A DNA stretch of 19,725 nt from an uncultured Aminicenantes bacterium (GCA_965195285.1 CBDAFS010000054.1:1-19725); one strand, 5' to 3'. Positions 6,309-15,896 are shown, counted from the first letter of the stretch. The notes: generated from the sequence alone by a model not told the origin. Translations and numbers: made by a program.

Positions 6309-8126
6309 TCAGGTTTTTTTTAAAATAACCCTGAATTTTCCTCGAAGTTGAACATACAGAAATGCAAATAAAATTCCGATAATCATATCAATTATAATCA
6401 GTTCAATATCTTCGGCAAAAAGCAGTGCATATCTTGAAACAAACAGGAAAAATGTTATAACTATGGCAGGTAAAAACAACGAATTATCATGTTTTATTTT
6501 TTCATAAACAAAAATAAAAAAGATACAAAAAACAAATGCAATCAGTGCCTGAAAGAGCAATTCCAAAATCGAAGAAAAATCCGGAACTCTGGTCAATAAA
6601 TAACGCAGGATGCAATAATGTATGTAAACAAACATCAGTGAATTTCGACCTACCATGGCAATATTATCTTGAATTGACATAATAAAACCTGATTGAACTT
6701 TCAAATATACACGGTTAAAAATATAGAATAAAAATGCCAATACAAAAAGTCCCAGCAAGATATAGGATAATGACATGTTATATCGATGTACAGGAATTTT
6801 CAGCACCAGAATGGAAAAAATTGAAGCTATGCCGGTAATCGTCAGCAAAACCGGGAGGCCTTTTGATTTTTTATGCAGATATAGAACCAAAACACCATAA
6901 AGAAGATATCCGGCCCAGGGAAAAAGAGGAAATCCGATTTTTCCAAATAAAAAAGGTCTCCAGCTGGCATCCGAATGGAGAAAAGGCAGCCAGTTGAATT
7001 TATAGCAAAAATGAAGCAGGAAAGGGAGGAAAAAAAGATATCCGGCCAGTCTGGAATTTTTTAAAAATTTGACCAAAATAAAGAGTAATAGCATTCCTAG
7101 GGCATTAAACTGGAGAAAAGCCGGGATAAAACCCTTTACATCGGGATGAGCAATAACAATCTGAGTATATCCTCCAAAGAAAAGAAGCAATACAAAAAAA
7201 AGTTGATATAAAATCATACCTTTTAATTTTTTTGTTTTCTCCAAAAAGAGTATGGTATTCATACCGGAACAGAAAAAAAACAGGGCCGCCCCAAAATTTC
7301 CAAAGGGAAGTAAAGTATTGGCCCCGGCACAATGGGCAGCAATCATTAAAAAAGCAGCAAAACCTTTGGTGATATCTATACCTACAATTCTTGAGGAAAC
7401 ATTTTCTTTGTATTTCTTATTTCCGCTTTCAATTTTGATTTGCTTCTGTTCAATCTGAATATCCAAAAATTTTCTCCGGGTATAGGTAAAAAAGGTAAAG
7501 AGAAAGAGGATGAGAAAAAAATAATTCAAGAGAATTTTTATTTTCTTTTCGATTTTTATCTTTTTCTGAATAGCGATTAACTGTTTAAAAGAATAGCGCT
7601 GGGCCGAAGCAGAGAACAAATTCCCTGCTCTGATTACCTTCCACTTGTCCTTAAGGGAATTTTTCCATAAAAGCTCTATCTTAAGATCCGGCTTATAAGG
7701 TAGTGAAAGTTCCAATTTAAAATCATGGAGTCCTTTGTGGAGAAAAATTTTTCCATTTTTGAAAAAAGAAGAAGGTTTCGTTACAATATTTTCATTGATA
7801 CAAAACGATACTGGTTCAGTATAATTTATTTTCCAAAAAAAAATGTCGGAATTCTCTACAAATAACTTTCCATAAATTTTTAATGCCATCGGTTTTACAG
7901 ATTTTCCTTTGAAACTCCTTTTTATGTTTCTTATCGTATTACTAGCAATACCCTCTGTGTAGGTAAAAACCTTTTTCCCATTTTTTAATACCACTTCAAC
8001 CGGAAGTTGATTCAGATATGAAGAAAACCGAATTTTTGAACTATAAACAATCAAAGAAATTCCGATTATAAAAAAAAGAGATAAACTGATCCGGCCTATA
8101 AAAGAGTAAGTTTTTTTTTTAGCCAT
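6309..8126 (-). CDS. Integral membrane acyltransferase-like protein (DUF1624/HGSNAT or acyltransferase-3 clan) with N-terminal extracytoplasmic PA14-like domain
   Basis: RIVGIDITKGFAAFLMIAAH resembles the R..lD..RG....M...H motif, with FPLFPWAGY, GRNSL and about 12 TM segments after it. The N-terminal domain contains FLHKGLHDFKLEL...IELLWK. ATG 8126 preferred over TTG 8132. Markedly AT-rich. Confidence 0.7.
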   Translation of the reverse strand: MAKKKTYSFIGRISLSLFFIIGISLIVYSSKIRFSSYLNQLPVEVVLKNGKKVFTYTEGIASNTIRNIKRSFKGKSVKPMALKIYGKLFVENSDIFFWKINYTEPVSFCINENIVTKPSSFFKNGKIFLHKGLHDFKLELSLPYKPDLKIELLWKNSLKDKWKVIRAGNLFSASAQRYSFKQLIAIQKKIKIEKKIKILLNYFFLILFLFTFFTYTRRKFLDIQIEQKQIKIESGNKKYKENVSSRIVGIDITKGFAAFLMIAAHCAGANTLLPFGNFGAALFFFCSGMNTILFLEKTKKLKGMILYQLFFVLLLFFGGYTQIVIAHPDVKGFIPAFLQFNALGMLLLFILVKFLKNSRLAGYLFFLPFLLHFCYKFNWLPFLHSDASWRPFLFGKIGFPLFPWAGYLLYGVLVLYLHKKSKGLPVLLTITGIASIFSILVLKIPVHRYNMSLSYILLGLFVLAFLFYIFNRVYLKVQSGFIMSIQDNIAMVGRNSLMFVYIHYCILRYLLTRVPDFSSILELLFQALIAFVFCIFFIFVYEKIKHDNSLFLPAIVITFFLFVSRYALLFAEDIELIIIDMIIGILFAFLYVQLRGKFRVILKKT

Positions 8127-8349
8127 ATTCAATTAAATCTAAATAGAACCTGTTTGAATACAATCATCTCGTGAAATTTTATCATATACAAAAAATATAA
8201 TCTATTAATTAGCCTAAACCATAATTGATGAATTTGAATGGGTAATACCATTTTTTTTATAATTATCATTTTTATTTATCTATCTGAAATCAAACCAATT
8301 GCTTTTTTTTAGCGTAATAATAAATAAATGGTATTTCTCTGGAGGTGTC

Positions 8350-9069
8350 ATGAAAAAAATAGCTGTGTATGTTTTGTGTTTATTTGTTTTTTCAGTTTTT
8401 ATTGCCGCTGACGTTTACATTAAAGAAAAAACCCATACCGATTCATACTATTACGGGGGCACGGTTCGCCCGGCCAATGACTCAACCATCGAGATCTGGT
8501 TCAAGGACAACCGGCTGGCCTATATAACTCCCGGCCGGATTGTGCTTGTCGATCAAAATACCAAACTCATTTCAATTTTCAACCGCCGGGACAAAACCTA
8601 TGTTCAGACCTCCATTCCCCTGGAAATGAAAAACATTGTATCTGAGGAAATTCTGGCCAGGCTCCAGTCCCGGCAGGTATCGGGAGAAGTGAAGGAAACA
8701 GCTGAGAATAAAAAAATCGACAACTGGAATTGTGCGGGATATGAAATTCAGGTCGATCAGCCCTATGCCCTGGAAATAAAACACTGGGCCACGAGTGATG
8801 TATCTTTTGACTGGAAAAAACTGAACGAAATGTTTTCCGATATAAGAAAATTGGGTAATTACAGCAACGCTTATATTGACCAGCTCAAAAGGATCAAGGG
8901 TTTTGTGGTCCTTTCGGATATTAAGATTTTCCTGCAGGGCACATCATTCGGCTCACAAACCCGGGTGTTGGACATTTCTCAAAAGCAATCCCCTTCCGGT
9001 ATATATTCCGTTCCCCAAGAATTCCAAAAAAAAGAACATCTCAGCATCCAGGATCTGCGAAACCGATAA
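8350..9069 (+). CDS. Secreted DUF4412-like protein
   Basis: GGAGGT SD before ATG 8350 (not TTG 8299). Signal peptide MKKIAVYVL...AADV; motifs KKIDNWNCAGYEI, HWATSDV and GIYSVPQEF. Confidence 0.7.
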   Translation: MKKIAVYVLCLFVFSVFIAADVYIKEKTHTDSYYYGGTVRPANDSTIEIWFKDNRLAYITPGRIVLVDQNTKLISIFNRRDKTYVQTSIPLEMKNIVSEEILARLQSRQVSGEVKETAENKKIDNWNCAGYEIQVDQPYALEIKHWATSDVSFDWKKLNEMFSDIRKLGNYSNAYIDQLKRIKGFVVLSDIKIFLQGTSFGSQTRVLDISQKQSPSGIYSVPQEFQKKEHLSIQDLRNR

Positions 9070-9140
9070 AAAACCGGACACAGCTCATTGATATCCATCC
9101 GGAAGTAAGATAAAATAAAAAAGAAAAAAGCGGAGGTGGC

Positions 9141-10364
9141 ATGAATAAAAAAGACAAAATTAAAAGCCGCAGGAATTTTTTGAAAACCGGATTAACCGGA
9201 ATGGCGGGCCTCACCATGCTCCCGGTCATCACCAGTGGAAAAGACGACACGGTACCCCAGCCAAAAAAGAAAAAATCTCCCGCAGTCTATCGCACCCTGG
9301 GAAAAACCGGACTGAAACTGCCAATTGTGAGCATGGGAGTCATGAATGCGGACAATCCCAGGCTGGTGGAAGCCGCCCTTGATTCCGGTATTATTCATCT
9401 GGATACAGCCTATGTTTACCAGAGAGGACGCAATGAGGAGATGATCGGGAATGTAATCAAAAACCGGCCCCGGGATTCCTATGTGATCGGAACCAAAATA
9501 TACGAACCCAGGGACCGAAAAACCGGTCTGTTTCCCAAAGATGCCAAAAGCAATTCTTTTATTAAGAAATTCGAGACCAGTTTAAAGCGCCTGGGAATCG
9601 AACATGTTGAAATCCTTTACCTCCACAATATCAGCCGAAAGGAATCATTACTGTTTGAACCCTATCTTTCTGCCATGCAGAAACTTAAAGACCAGGGCAA
9701 GATCCGTTTTATCGGGGTCTCCACCCATGTCAACGAACCGGAAGTCATTGAAGCAGCAACCGATAGCAAACAGTATGATGTGATCCTTACCGCTTACAAC
9801 TTCAAGCAACCCCATCTTCAGAAAATTAAGAAAGCCATTGCCCGGGCTGCCCGGGCCGGATTGGGGGTGGTGGCCATGAAAACCCAGGCCGGGGTATACT
9901 GGGACCAGGAGAGACAGCATCCCATCAATATGAGGGCCGCCCTGAAGTGGGTGCTAAATGATAAAAATGTTCATACCACCATCCCGGGATTTACCACCTT
10001 TGATCAGATGAATCTTGATCTTTCAGTCATGCAAGACCTTGCCCTTACCGAACAGGAAAAGATAGATCTGAAGCTGGGACAACAAATTTCACAGGCTGGA
10101 TTATATTGTGCTCAGTGCGGAAAATGCACCTCTCAGTGTCCCCACCATCTGGAAATCCCCACTGCGATGAGGAGTTTCATGTATGCCTACGGTTATAAAA
10201 ATCTGAGCCAGGCCAGGGAAACATTGTTGTCTTCGGGGATTCATCGCCTGCCCTGTCATGACTGCAGTACCTGCGTTGTAAATTGCACCATGGGTTTCGA
10301 TATTCAAAAAAGAATGCTGAATATTTCCCGTATTAAAGACATTCCGGAGGAATTTCTGGTTTAA
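9141..10364 (+). CDS. Aldo/keto reductase with twin-arginine signal and C-terminal 2x[4Fe-4S] domain
   Basis: SRRNFLK Tat motif; YRTLGKTG, LDTAYVY (D,Y), GTK and LYLHN catalytic tetrad; CAQCGKCTSQCP and CHDCSTCVVNC. GGAGGT SD. Confidence 0.93.
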   Translation: MNKKDKIKSRRNFLKTGLTGMAGLTMLPVITSGKDDTVPQPKKKKSPAVYRTLGKTGLKLPIVSMGVMNADNPRLVEAALDSGIIHLDTAYVYQRGRNEEMIGNVIKNRPRDSYVIGTKIYEPRDRKTGLFPKDAKSNSFIKKFETSLKRLGIEHVEILYLHNISRKESLLFEPYLSAMQKLKDQGKIRFIGVSTHVNEPEVIEAATDSKQYDVILTAYNFKQPHLQKIKKAIARAARAGLGVVAMKTQAGVYWDQERQHPINMRAALKWVLNDKNVHTTIPGFTTFDQMNLDLSVMQDLALTEQEKIDLKLGQQISQAGLYCAQCGKCTSQCPHHLEIPTAMRSFMYAYGYKNLSQARETLLSSGIHRLPCHDCSTCVVNCTMGFDIQKRMLNISRIKDIPEEFLV

Positions 10365-10448
10365 TCCGATCAGAATTTTAAAACCGGAATCCTGATTGTG
10401 GAACAAAATTCTCGCCTTTGAAGATATAGATTCCTTAAGGAGATTCAA

Positions 10449-11351
10449 ATGAAAAAAACAGGCATAATGGTTTTAATTTTTTGGCTGCTGGGCTTTTCAG
10501 GATTATTCACCCAAAACAGAGAAATCAGTTTTGAAATATTTCCGGAAATGCGCGACTGGCAGAAAAAAGGTGAACCGGAAATGTACAGCCCCGACAATTT
10601 GTTCGAATATATAAATGGAGCTGCAGAAGTATATCTAAGTTATGATTTTCAGAAACTCATCACCCTGTCCTATTCCAATCCCAAACAACAGTCCTTCACC
10701 ATCGATATTTACCAGCACTCCAACTCCAATAACGGATTCGGGATTTACAGTCAGGAAAAACCGCAAGAGGGGGATTTTCTGAAAATCGGAACCCAGGGAT
10801 ATTATGAACAGGGGGTTCTCAACTTTTTTAAAGACCGGTTTTACGTCAAATTAAGTGCCTTTGACCTGAAGGAGATTGACCGGCTCTTACTGGAAAAAAT
10901 AGCCCGTTTGATTGACAAACAACTGCCCGGCCAACCAATCCTTCCCAAAACTATTTCCTGTTTCCCGAGCAGGGGCAAAATTGAAAATTCAGAAAGATTT
11001 ATTCTGCAAAATTTTCTCGGACACAGTTTTCTCCATTCGGCATTTGTGACCGACTACCTGATAAAAGATGAAAAATTTCAGATATTTATTATTGAAACCG
11101 CCACGCCCCAGAAAGCAGATACCCTCCTTGAACGCTACTTGGCATTTCTGAAAAGGAAGGGAATCGAATACCAGCAAGATAACAGTGGTGCCTATCGGTT
11201 TAGCGATCCATACTACCGGTCCAGCGGAACCATGAATCTGAAAAAAAATTCCAGATTCATCTGGGGATTTTTCAGCAATGACATCCAGAAAGTGCGGACT
11301 TACCTGGAAACAATCGAACAAAACTTAAAAAACCATCAGCTCATCCGTTAA
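10449..11351 (+). CDS. Secreted DUF6599-like protein
   Basis: Signal peptide; YSPDNLFEYINGAAEVYLSYDF and DIY...GFGIYS match my recollection of DUF6599. AAGGAG SD. Confidence 0.72.
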   Translation: MKKTGIMVLIFWLLGFSGLFTQNREISFEIFPEMRDWQKKGEPEMYSPDNLFEYINGAAEVYLSYDFQKLITLSYSNPKQQSFTIDIYQHSNSNNGFGIYSQEKPQEGDFLKIGTQGYYEQGVLNFFKDRFYVKLSAFDLKEIDRLLLEKIARLIDKQLPGQPILPKTISCFPSRGKIENSERFILQNFLGHSFLHSAFVTDYLIKDEKFQIFIIETATPQKADTLLERYLAFLKRKGIEYQQDNSGAYRFSDPYYRSSGTMNLKKNSRFIWGFFSNDIQKVRTYLETIEQNLKNHQLIR

Positions 11352-11354
11352 AAT

Positions 11355-11367
11355 CCGCTGACAGCGG
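11355..11367. terminator. Small GC hairpin between convergent genes
   Basis: CCGCT-GAC-AGCGG fills most of the 19-bp gap between the two stop codons; followed by ATTTT on the minus strand. Confidence 0.35.
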
Positions 11368-11370
11368 TAT

Positions 11371-14300
11371 TCAATGTGTGCTTGAAGTAATCCGTCCCGG
11401 AGTCCAGGGAACGCGGGCCTTCTCGGCTTCCCTGAGTAATTTCTGAAGATCGGTTTTAATCAGCCGGTTCAACTTAACTCTCAACTGTTCCAGGGATTCC
11501 TCTACGATTTCCAATTGACGGTACATGGTCCGGGTGGGGGGCGAGCTGCTCTTCCAGTAACCGTAAATAATATTTCCCAGACGACCCATGATTCCGGTAT
11601 TGTAAGGTTCGGAGCGATCCCTTCTGGTCATATCTCCGTACAAAACTTCTTGTAAATCCAGCAACGACGATTCCAGCTCCAGGGCTTTTCGGTACAGGGC
11701 CCCGGTTTCATTGGCGGTTTGATCGAGGCCCTTTTTTAAAAGCTTCAGCTGGTTTACCGATTCATCCAGGCTTCGATCGCAGCCAATCAGGATTCGCTGA
11801 AACTCGGCGGATTTTTTCTTGAAATCAAACATCTGGTTCTGATCCTGAGCCGGGACTGAAGCCAGGTTCAGAGAGTAACATTCAAAGGATTGGACCTGGC
11901 TCAGAGGGATAACCCGGCCCTGTGCCCGTTGAAACAGGGTGACCGTATAGGAACCGGGCATTGCCGGAAACCCGGACCGGGCACCATACGAGTATTCCCA
12001 GGGAAGCGGCTGACGGGAGCGGAGGCGGGGAGGCCTCATGGAGGGGTAGCAAAGATCCCAGGCCACCCGATGAAAACCATTGGATGCGGGTGCATTCAAT
12101 CTGCGGACCACATTTCCCCGTTCATCCTTGATCTCCAGAAAAACCATTGGCAGGTCTTCCCGGTCTTCCTGTTTGATGGTTTTCCAGCCAGGAAAAACGG
12201 TATTCTTTCCGGATTTCAGTTGTTCCGCCTCGACTTTAAACCGTTGTTTCTTACTGGAGAGAATAGATTTTTTCAGATAATAGGTAAAAACAGCCCCATG
12301 TGGAGGATTTGAGGCCGTGAAAAAATTATCTCCCTGGGATGCTTTTTCCCTGGACCCCAGGGTCTGAATCGGAAAATACATGGGAGTCTTCTTGACCGAA
12401 AACAGGTGGGCATCTTTTTTCAGTAAATCCTCTGATACCTGACGAAGCAGGGAATAATCATCAAATATAAATATCCCGCGACCAAAAGAAGCGGCGACCA
12501 GGTCATTTTCCCGCTGCTGGATTTCCAGGTCCCGGAAGGAGATGGTAGGAAGCCCTCCAATCAGTTTGATCCATTTTTCTCCACCATCAACCGTAAAAAA
12601 AATGCCGAATTCAGTCCCGGCAAACAACAGGTCCCTGTTGACATGATCCTGCTCAATGGACCAGACAATATGACGGTCCGGCAAATTTCCCCGGATAGAA
12701 TACCAGGTTTTTCCACGGTTGGTGCTCTTTAAAATATAGGGCTTGAAATCGCCGTGCTTGTGATTATCAAATACCGCGAAAACCACATTCTTATCAATCA
12801 TAGATGCCTGGATATCATTGACAAACGACATATCCGGGACTCCGGGGAATTGACTGATCTTTCTCCAGTTTTTTCCACTGTTTTCGCTGACCTGAATGAG
12901 CCCATCATCGGTTCCACAATAAATCAAGCCTTCTTCCAGGAGTGACTCGGATATGGTGGATATATTACCATAATAAGACATGGCATCCAGGTCCCAAACC
13001 GCATCCACACTCCAAGTCCGGTCCATGTATTTCATCTGCAAACGTTCCTGACCCCGGCTGAGATCCGGGCTGATGGGAGTCCAGGAGTCACCCCGGTTAT
13101 CACTGCGGTACAACCGCTGGGATCCAAAATACAACCGGGTATGGTAATGGGGACTGATCAGTACCGGTGAATCCCAATTCCATCGGGGAGCCGGTTCGCC
13201 GGGCTCGGTTCTGGGCTTGATATCAATGGTTTCTCCACTGCGTTTATCATACCTGGCCAGGTTACCAACCTGCCATTCACAGTAAACGATATTGGGATCC
13301 AGGGGATCGATCTGACAGGCATACCCGTCCCCGCCCAGTGTAATCACCCAATCGCTGTTTCGTATTCCGTGAACCGAGAGGGTCCTGGAAGGCCCTAATT
13401 GGGTACAGTTATCCTGGGTGCCGCCCACCACGTTGTAAAAAGGCATATCATTATCCAAACCGATCCGGTAAAACTGGGTAACAGAAAGATTGGATATGTA
13501 GCGCCAGGTCTTTCCCCGGTCAAAGGTTTCATAAATGCCACCGTCGCTTCCGCAGAGCAGAAAATCTGGCTCATCGGGATCAAAAGCCAGGGCATGGTTA
13601 TCACCATGCTTATAGAGTTCAGGAATACGGCCCCAGGTCTTTCCGCCATCCTCGCTAACCAACAGACGGTTATCCATGGCATAGAGGCGGTTAAACCGAT
13701 GGGGACAGCAGAAAATTTCCTGGTAGTAATGGGGTCCGGTACTGAACATGGTGTATTCGCTCATTTTACTCCAGCTCCCACCACCGTTATCGGAACGATA
13801 AAAATTAACCTTTCGAATAGCAGTCTCAACCGAAGCATAAATCACATCGGGTTTCTGAGGCGATACAGCCAGAGCAATCTGACCCAGGTTTTCATTCGGC
13901 AATCCCTTGATCACCTTTTTCCAGGTTTTACCACCATCAACCGTTTTATATATGGCTGATTCCGGACCTCCATTGACCAGGGCAGCCACATGCCGGCGGC
14001 GCTGATGAGTAGCCGTATAAAGCGTATCGGGATTTTCAGGGTCCATCACCAGGTCAGTGGCTCCGGTATGCGGGCTGATTTTCAAGGAATGTTCCCAGGT
14101 TTTACCCCCATTAACACTTTTAAATACCCCCCGCTGTCCACCTGCGGACCAGAGGGGACCCTCGGCGGCCACATAGATTGTATCGGAATGGCGGGGATCA
14201 ATCAATATCCGATCTATGTGTTCGGATTTTTTCAGTCCCATATTCTTCCAGGATTTACCCCCATCCAGAGATTTATACACACCGTCACCGTAACCAACAT

Positions 14301-14670
14301 GGCGTCCGCTGACGTTCTCTCCGCTGCCCACCCAGATAATCAGCGAATCATTGGGATCAATGGTTACACAGCCAATCGAATAGGAGGTTTGGCCATCAAA
14401 TATCGGAGTAAAAGTAATTCCGGCATTTACCGTTTTCCAGACCCCACCGGACCCTACCGCCACATACCATACCTTGCGATTATGCCGATCAATGGCAATA
14501 TCCGAGATTCTCCCCGACATCAGGGCTGGCCCAATAGCCCTAAATTTTAAGCTGGAAAAAGTCCGGGAATTCATCAATGATTGATCGGATTTGTGTGGTT
14601 TTTCCGCCGAAACCAACCCCGATATCAACAACAGTAATCCCAGCAATAAAATCAAAATATTTTTTTTCAT
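11371..14670 (-). CDS. Secreted VPS10/sortilin-like BNR-repeat beta-propeller protein (often labelled glycosyl hydrolase)
   Basis: Signal peptide; FRAIGPALMSGRISDI; about 11 Asp-boxes (SLDGGKSW, SVNGGKTW, TVDGGKTW, SEDGGKTW and others); GGTQDN and GGDG; helical C-terminus. GAGGAGGT SD. Confidence 0.9.
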   Translation of the reverse strand: MKKNILILLLGLLLLISGLVSAEKPHKSDQSLMNSRTFSSLKFRAIGPALMSGRISDIAIDRHNRKVWYVAVGSGGVWKTVNAGITFTPIFDGQTSYSIGCVTIDPNDSLIIWVGSGENVSGRHVGYGDGVYKSLDGGKSWKNMGLKKSEHIDRILIDPRHSDTIYVAAEGPLWSAGGQRGVFKSVNGGKTWEHSLKISPHTGATDLVMDPENPDTLYTATHQRRRHVAALVNGGPESAIYKTVDGGKTWKKVIKGLPNENLGQIALAVSPQKPDVIYASVETAIRKVNFYRSDNGGGSWSKMSEYTMFSTGPHYYQEIFCCPHRFNRLYAMDNRLLVSEDGGKTWGRIPELYKHGDNHALAFDPDEPDFLLCGSDGGIYETFDRGKTWRYISNLSVTQFYRIGLDNDMPFYNVVGGTQDNCTQLGPSRTLSVHGIRNSDWVITLGGDGYACQIDPLDPNIVYCEWQVGNLARYDKRSGETIDIKPRTEPGEPAPRWNWDSPVLISPHYHTRLYFGSQRLYRSDNRGDSWTPISPDLSRGQERLQMKYMDRTWSVDAVWDLDAMSYYGNISTISESLLEEGLIYCGTDDGLIQVSENSGKNWRKISQFPGVPDMSFVNDIQASMIDKNVVFAVFDNHKHGDFKPYILKSTNRGKTWYSIRGNLPDRHIVWSIEQDHVNRDLLFAGTEFGIFFTVDGGEKWIKLIGGLPTISFRDLEIQQRENDLVAASFGRGIFIFDDYSLLRQVSEDLLKKDAHLFSVKKTPMYFPIQTLGSREKASQGDNFFTASNPPHGAVFTYYLKKSILSSKKQRFKVEAEQLKSGKNTVFPGWKTIKQEDREDLPMVFLEIKDERGNVVRRLNAPASNGFHRVAWDLCYPSMRPPRLRSRQPLPWEYSYGARSGFPAMPGSYTVTLFQRAQGRVIPLSQVQSFECYSLNLASVPAQDQNQMFDFKKKSAEFQRILIGCDRSLDESVNQLKLLKKGLDQTANETGALYRKALELESSLLDLQEVLYGDMTRRDRSEPYNTGIMGRLGNIIYGYWKSSSPPTRTMYRQLEIVEESLEQLRVKLNRLIKTDLQKLLREAEKARVPWTPGRITSSTH

Positions 14671-14829
14671 CCGATGACCTCCTCATCCTGAATAAACAAA
14701 GAAAATTAATATTAACACGACAGGAAGCGTAACTCAATAATCGGTCAAAACTTTAAAGTCACGGTTAATTTTTTTTCTTTTTTTTCATCCTTTTTACAAA
14801 TTTCAAAATAGTGAATTATTAAACTTCTA

Positions 14830-15792
14830 TTATACAGCTTCGATGGTTGAAGGTGGCTTTGAGGTTATGTTGTAGGTGACACTGACAACATCGGGAACCT
14901 CCCTGATAATCCGGTCCGCCAGATTTTCAAGAATATCAAAAGACAAAGGGGTGGGCGTAGCAGTACGGGCATCAATACTCTGCCAGCAACGTACTTCTAT
15001 TTGTTGTCCAAATTGCCGTTGATTGTTTTTGATTCCGGTTACCCGATCCTGATGAAGAATGGCCATATATTGAAAGGCATCGGTATCTGCAAGAATTTTT
15101 TCCACCACTGCTGTTGCCCGACGGACAATTTCGATTCGCTCTGGTGTGGCCTCTCCTATCACCCGGGCTGATAATGCCGGACCGGGAAAGGGAATACGGT
15201 TAAATATCTCTGAAGGAAGCCCCAGGGCTTCTCCCAGCTTTCGAACCCCATCCTTTCGAAGTTGAATCAGGGGCTCCAGGATACGGTATCCAAATGTTTC
15301 CTCCGGATCGATTCCCAGCTGTTCAAACACATTATGCTGTCGCTTGATTCCGGCTACCGTTTCATCCACATCGGTCAGTATGGTTCCCTGGAGAAGAAAA
15401 CGGATATTCCTCTCTTTTACAATACGGCCGAATACTTTTTTATAAAAAGACTGGGTAATGGCTTCCCGCTTCTTTTCAGGGTCAACAATCCCTTTTAAGG
15501 CGCTAAAAAAATCGTCCCGGGCTTCCACGACTTCGACCTTCACTCCCAGCGGGCGGAAAACAGCCACCACATATTCAGCCTCCCCCTCTCTCATCAGCCC
15601 GTTCTGAACAAATATGGTCTGGAGACGATCACCCAGCGCCCGGTGTCCCAACAGGGTTACCACAGAAGAATCCACTCCTCCTGACAGGGCATTGATGACC
15701 ATTCCCGATCCCGCAACCTCTCTTATTTGCTCTACCTTTTCCTTGATAAAATTCTGGGGGCTCAATTTCTCAGCACTGATTTCTTCAATCAT
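14830..15792 (-). CDS. guaA: GMP synthase ATP-pyrophosphatase subunit (subunit B type, no GATase domain)
   Basis: ALSGGVDSSV PP-loop, DPEKKR, FLLQGT, PFPGP and ITSKPPSTIE. At 320 aa it lacks the N-terminal glutaminase. AAGGAGG SD. Confidence 0.9.
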   Translation of the reverse strand: MIEEISAEKLSPQNFIKEKVEQIREVAGSGMVINALSGGVDSSVVTLLGHRALGDRLQTIFVQNGLMREGEAEYVVAVFRPLGVKVEVVEARDDFFSALKGIVDPEKKREAITQSFYKKVFGRIVKERNIRFLLQGTILTDVDETVAGIKRQHNVFEQLGIDPEETFGYRILEPLIQLRKDGVRKLGEALGLPSEIFNRIPFPGPALSARVIGEATPERIEIVRRATAVVEKILADTDAFQYMAILHQDRVTGIKNNQRQFGQQIEVRCWQSIDARTATPTPLSFDILENLADRIIREVPDVVSVTYNITSKPPSTIEAV

Positions 15793-15867
15793 TGGCTTCT
15801 CCTCCTTTAAACCAATCTTGAGTTCCTTTAATATCTGATTTTATGATATTAAAATAGATCTGTAAAT

Positions 15868-15896
15868 ATTCTAAAAAAAAGAGAAACGAATTTCAA
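15868..15896 (-). promoter_or_regulatory. Sigma70 promoter for the GMP synthase subunit gene
   Basis: Minus strand TTGAAA (15896-15891), N17, TAGAAT (15873-15868). Confidence 0.6.

Noticed and set aside
6272-6333. 12-bp direct repeat AAAATAACCCTG (6272-6283 and 6322-6333) as a target-site duplication
   Set aside because: The copies are only 50 bp apart, do not bracket the AT-rich gene, and overlap coding ends. No mobile element lies between them.
8255-8272. Fur-box-like ATAATTATCATT
   Set aside because: Only about half of the consensus is matched, in very AT-rich DNA, and no iron-uptake gene is adjacent.
10382-10397. 16-bp sequence AACCGGAATCCTGATT recurring inverted at 19642-19657
   Set aside because: A single 16-mer match containing the over-represented CCGG is plausible by chance in 20 kb, and the flanks do not extend the match.
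13399-14550. Two 186-aa plus-strand ORFs (13399..13959 and 13990..14550)
   Set aside because: Entirely antisense to the well-supported BNR/VPS10 gene, with no recognisable motifs. The equal length appears coincidental.
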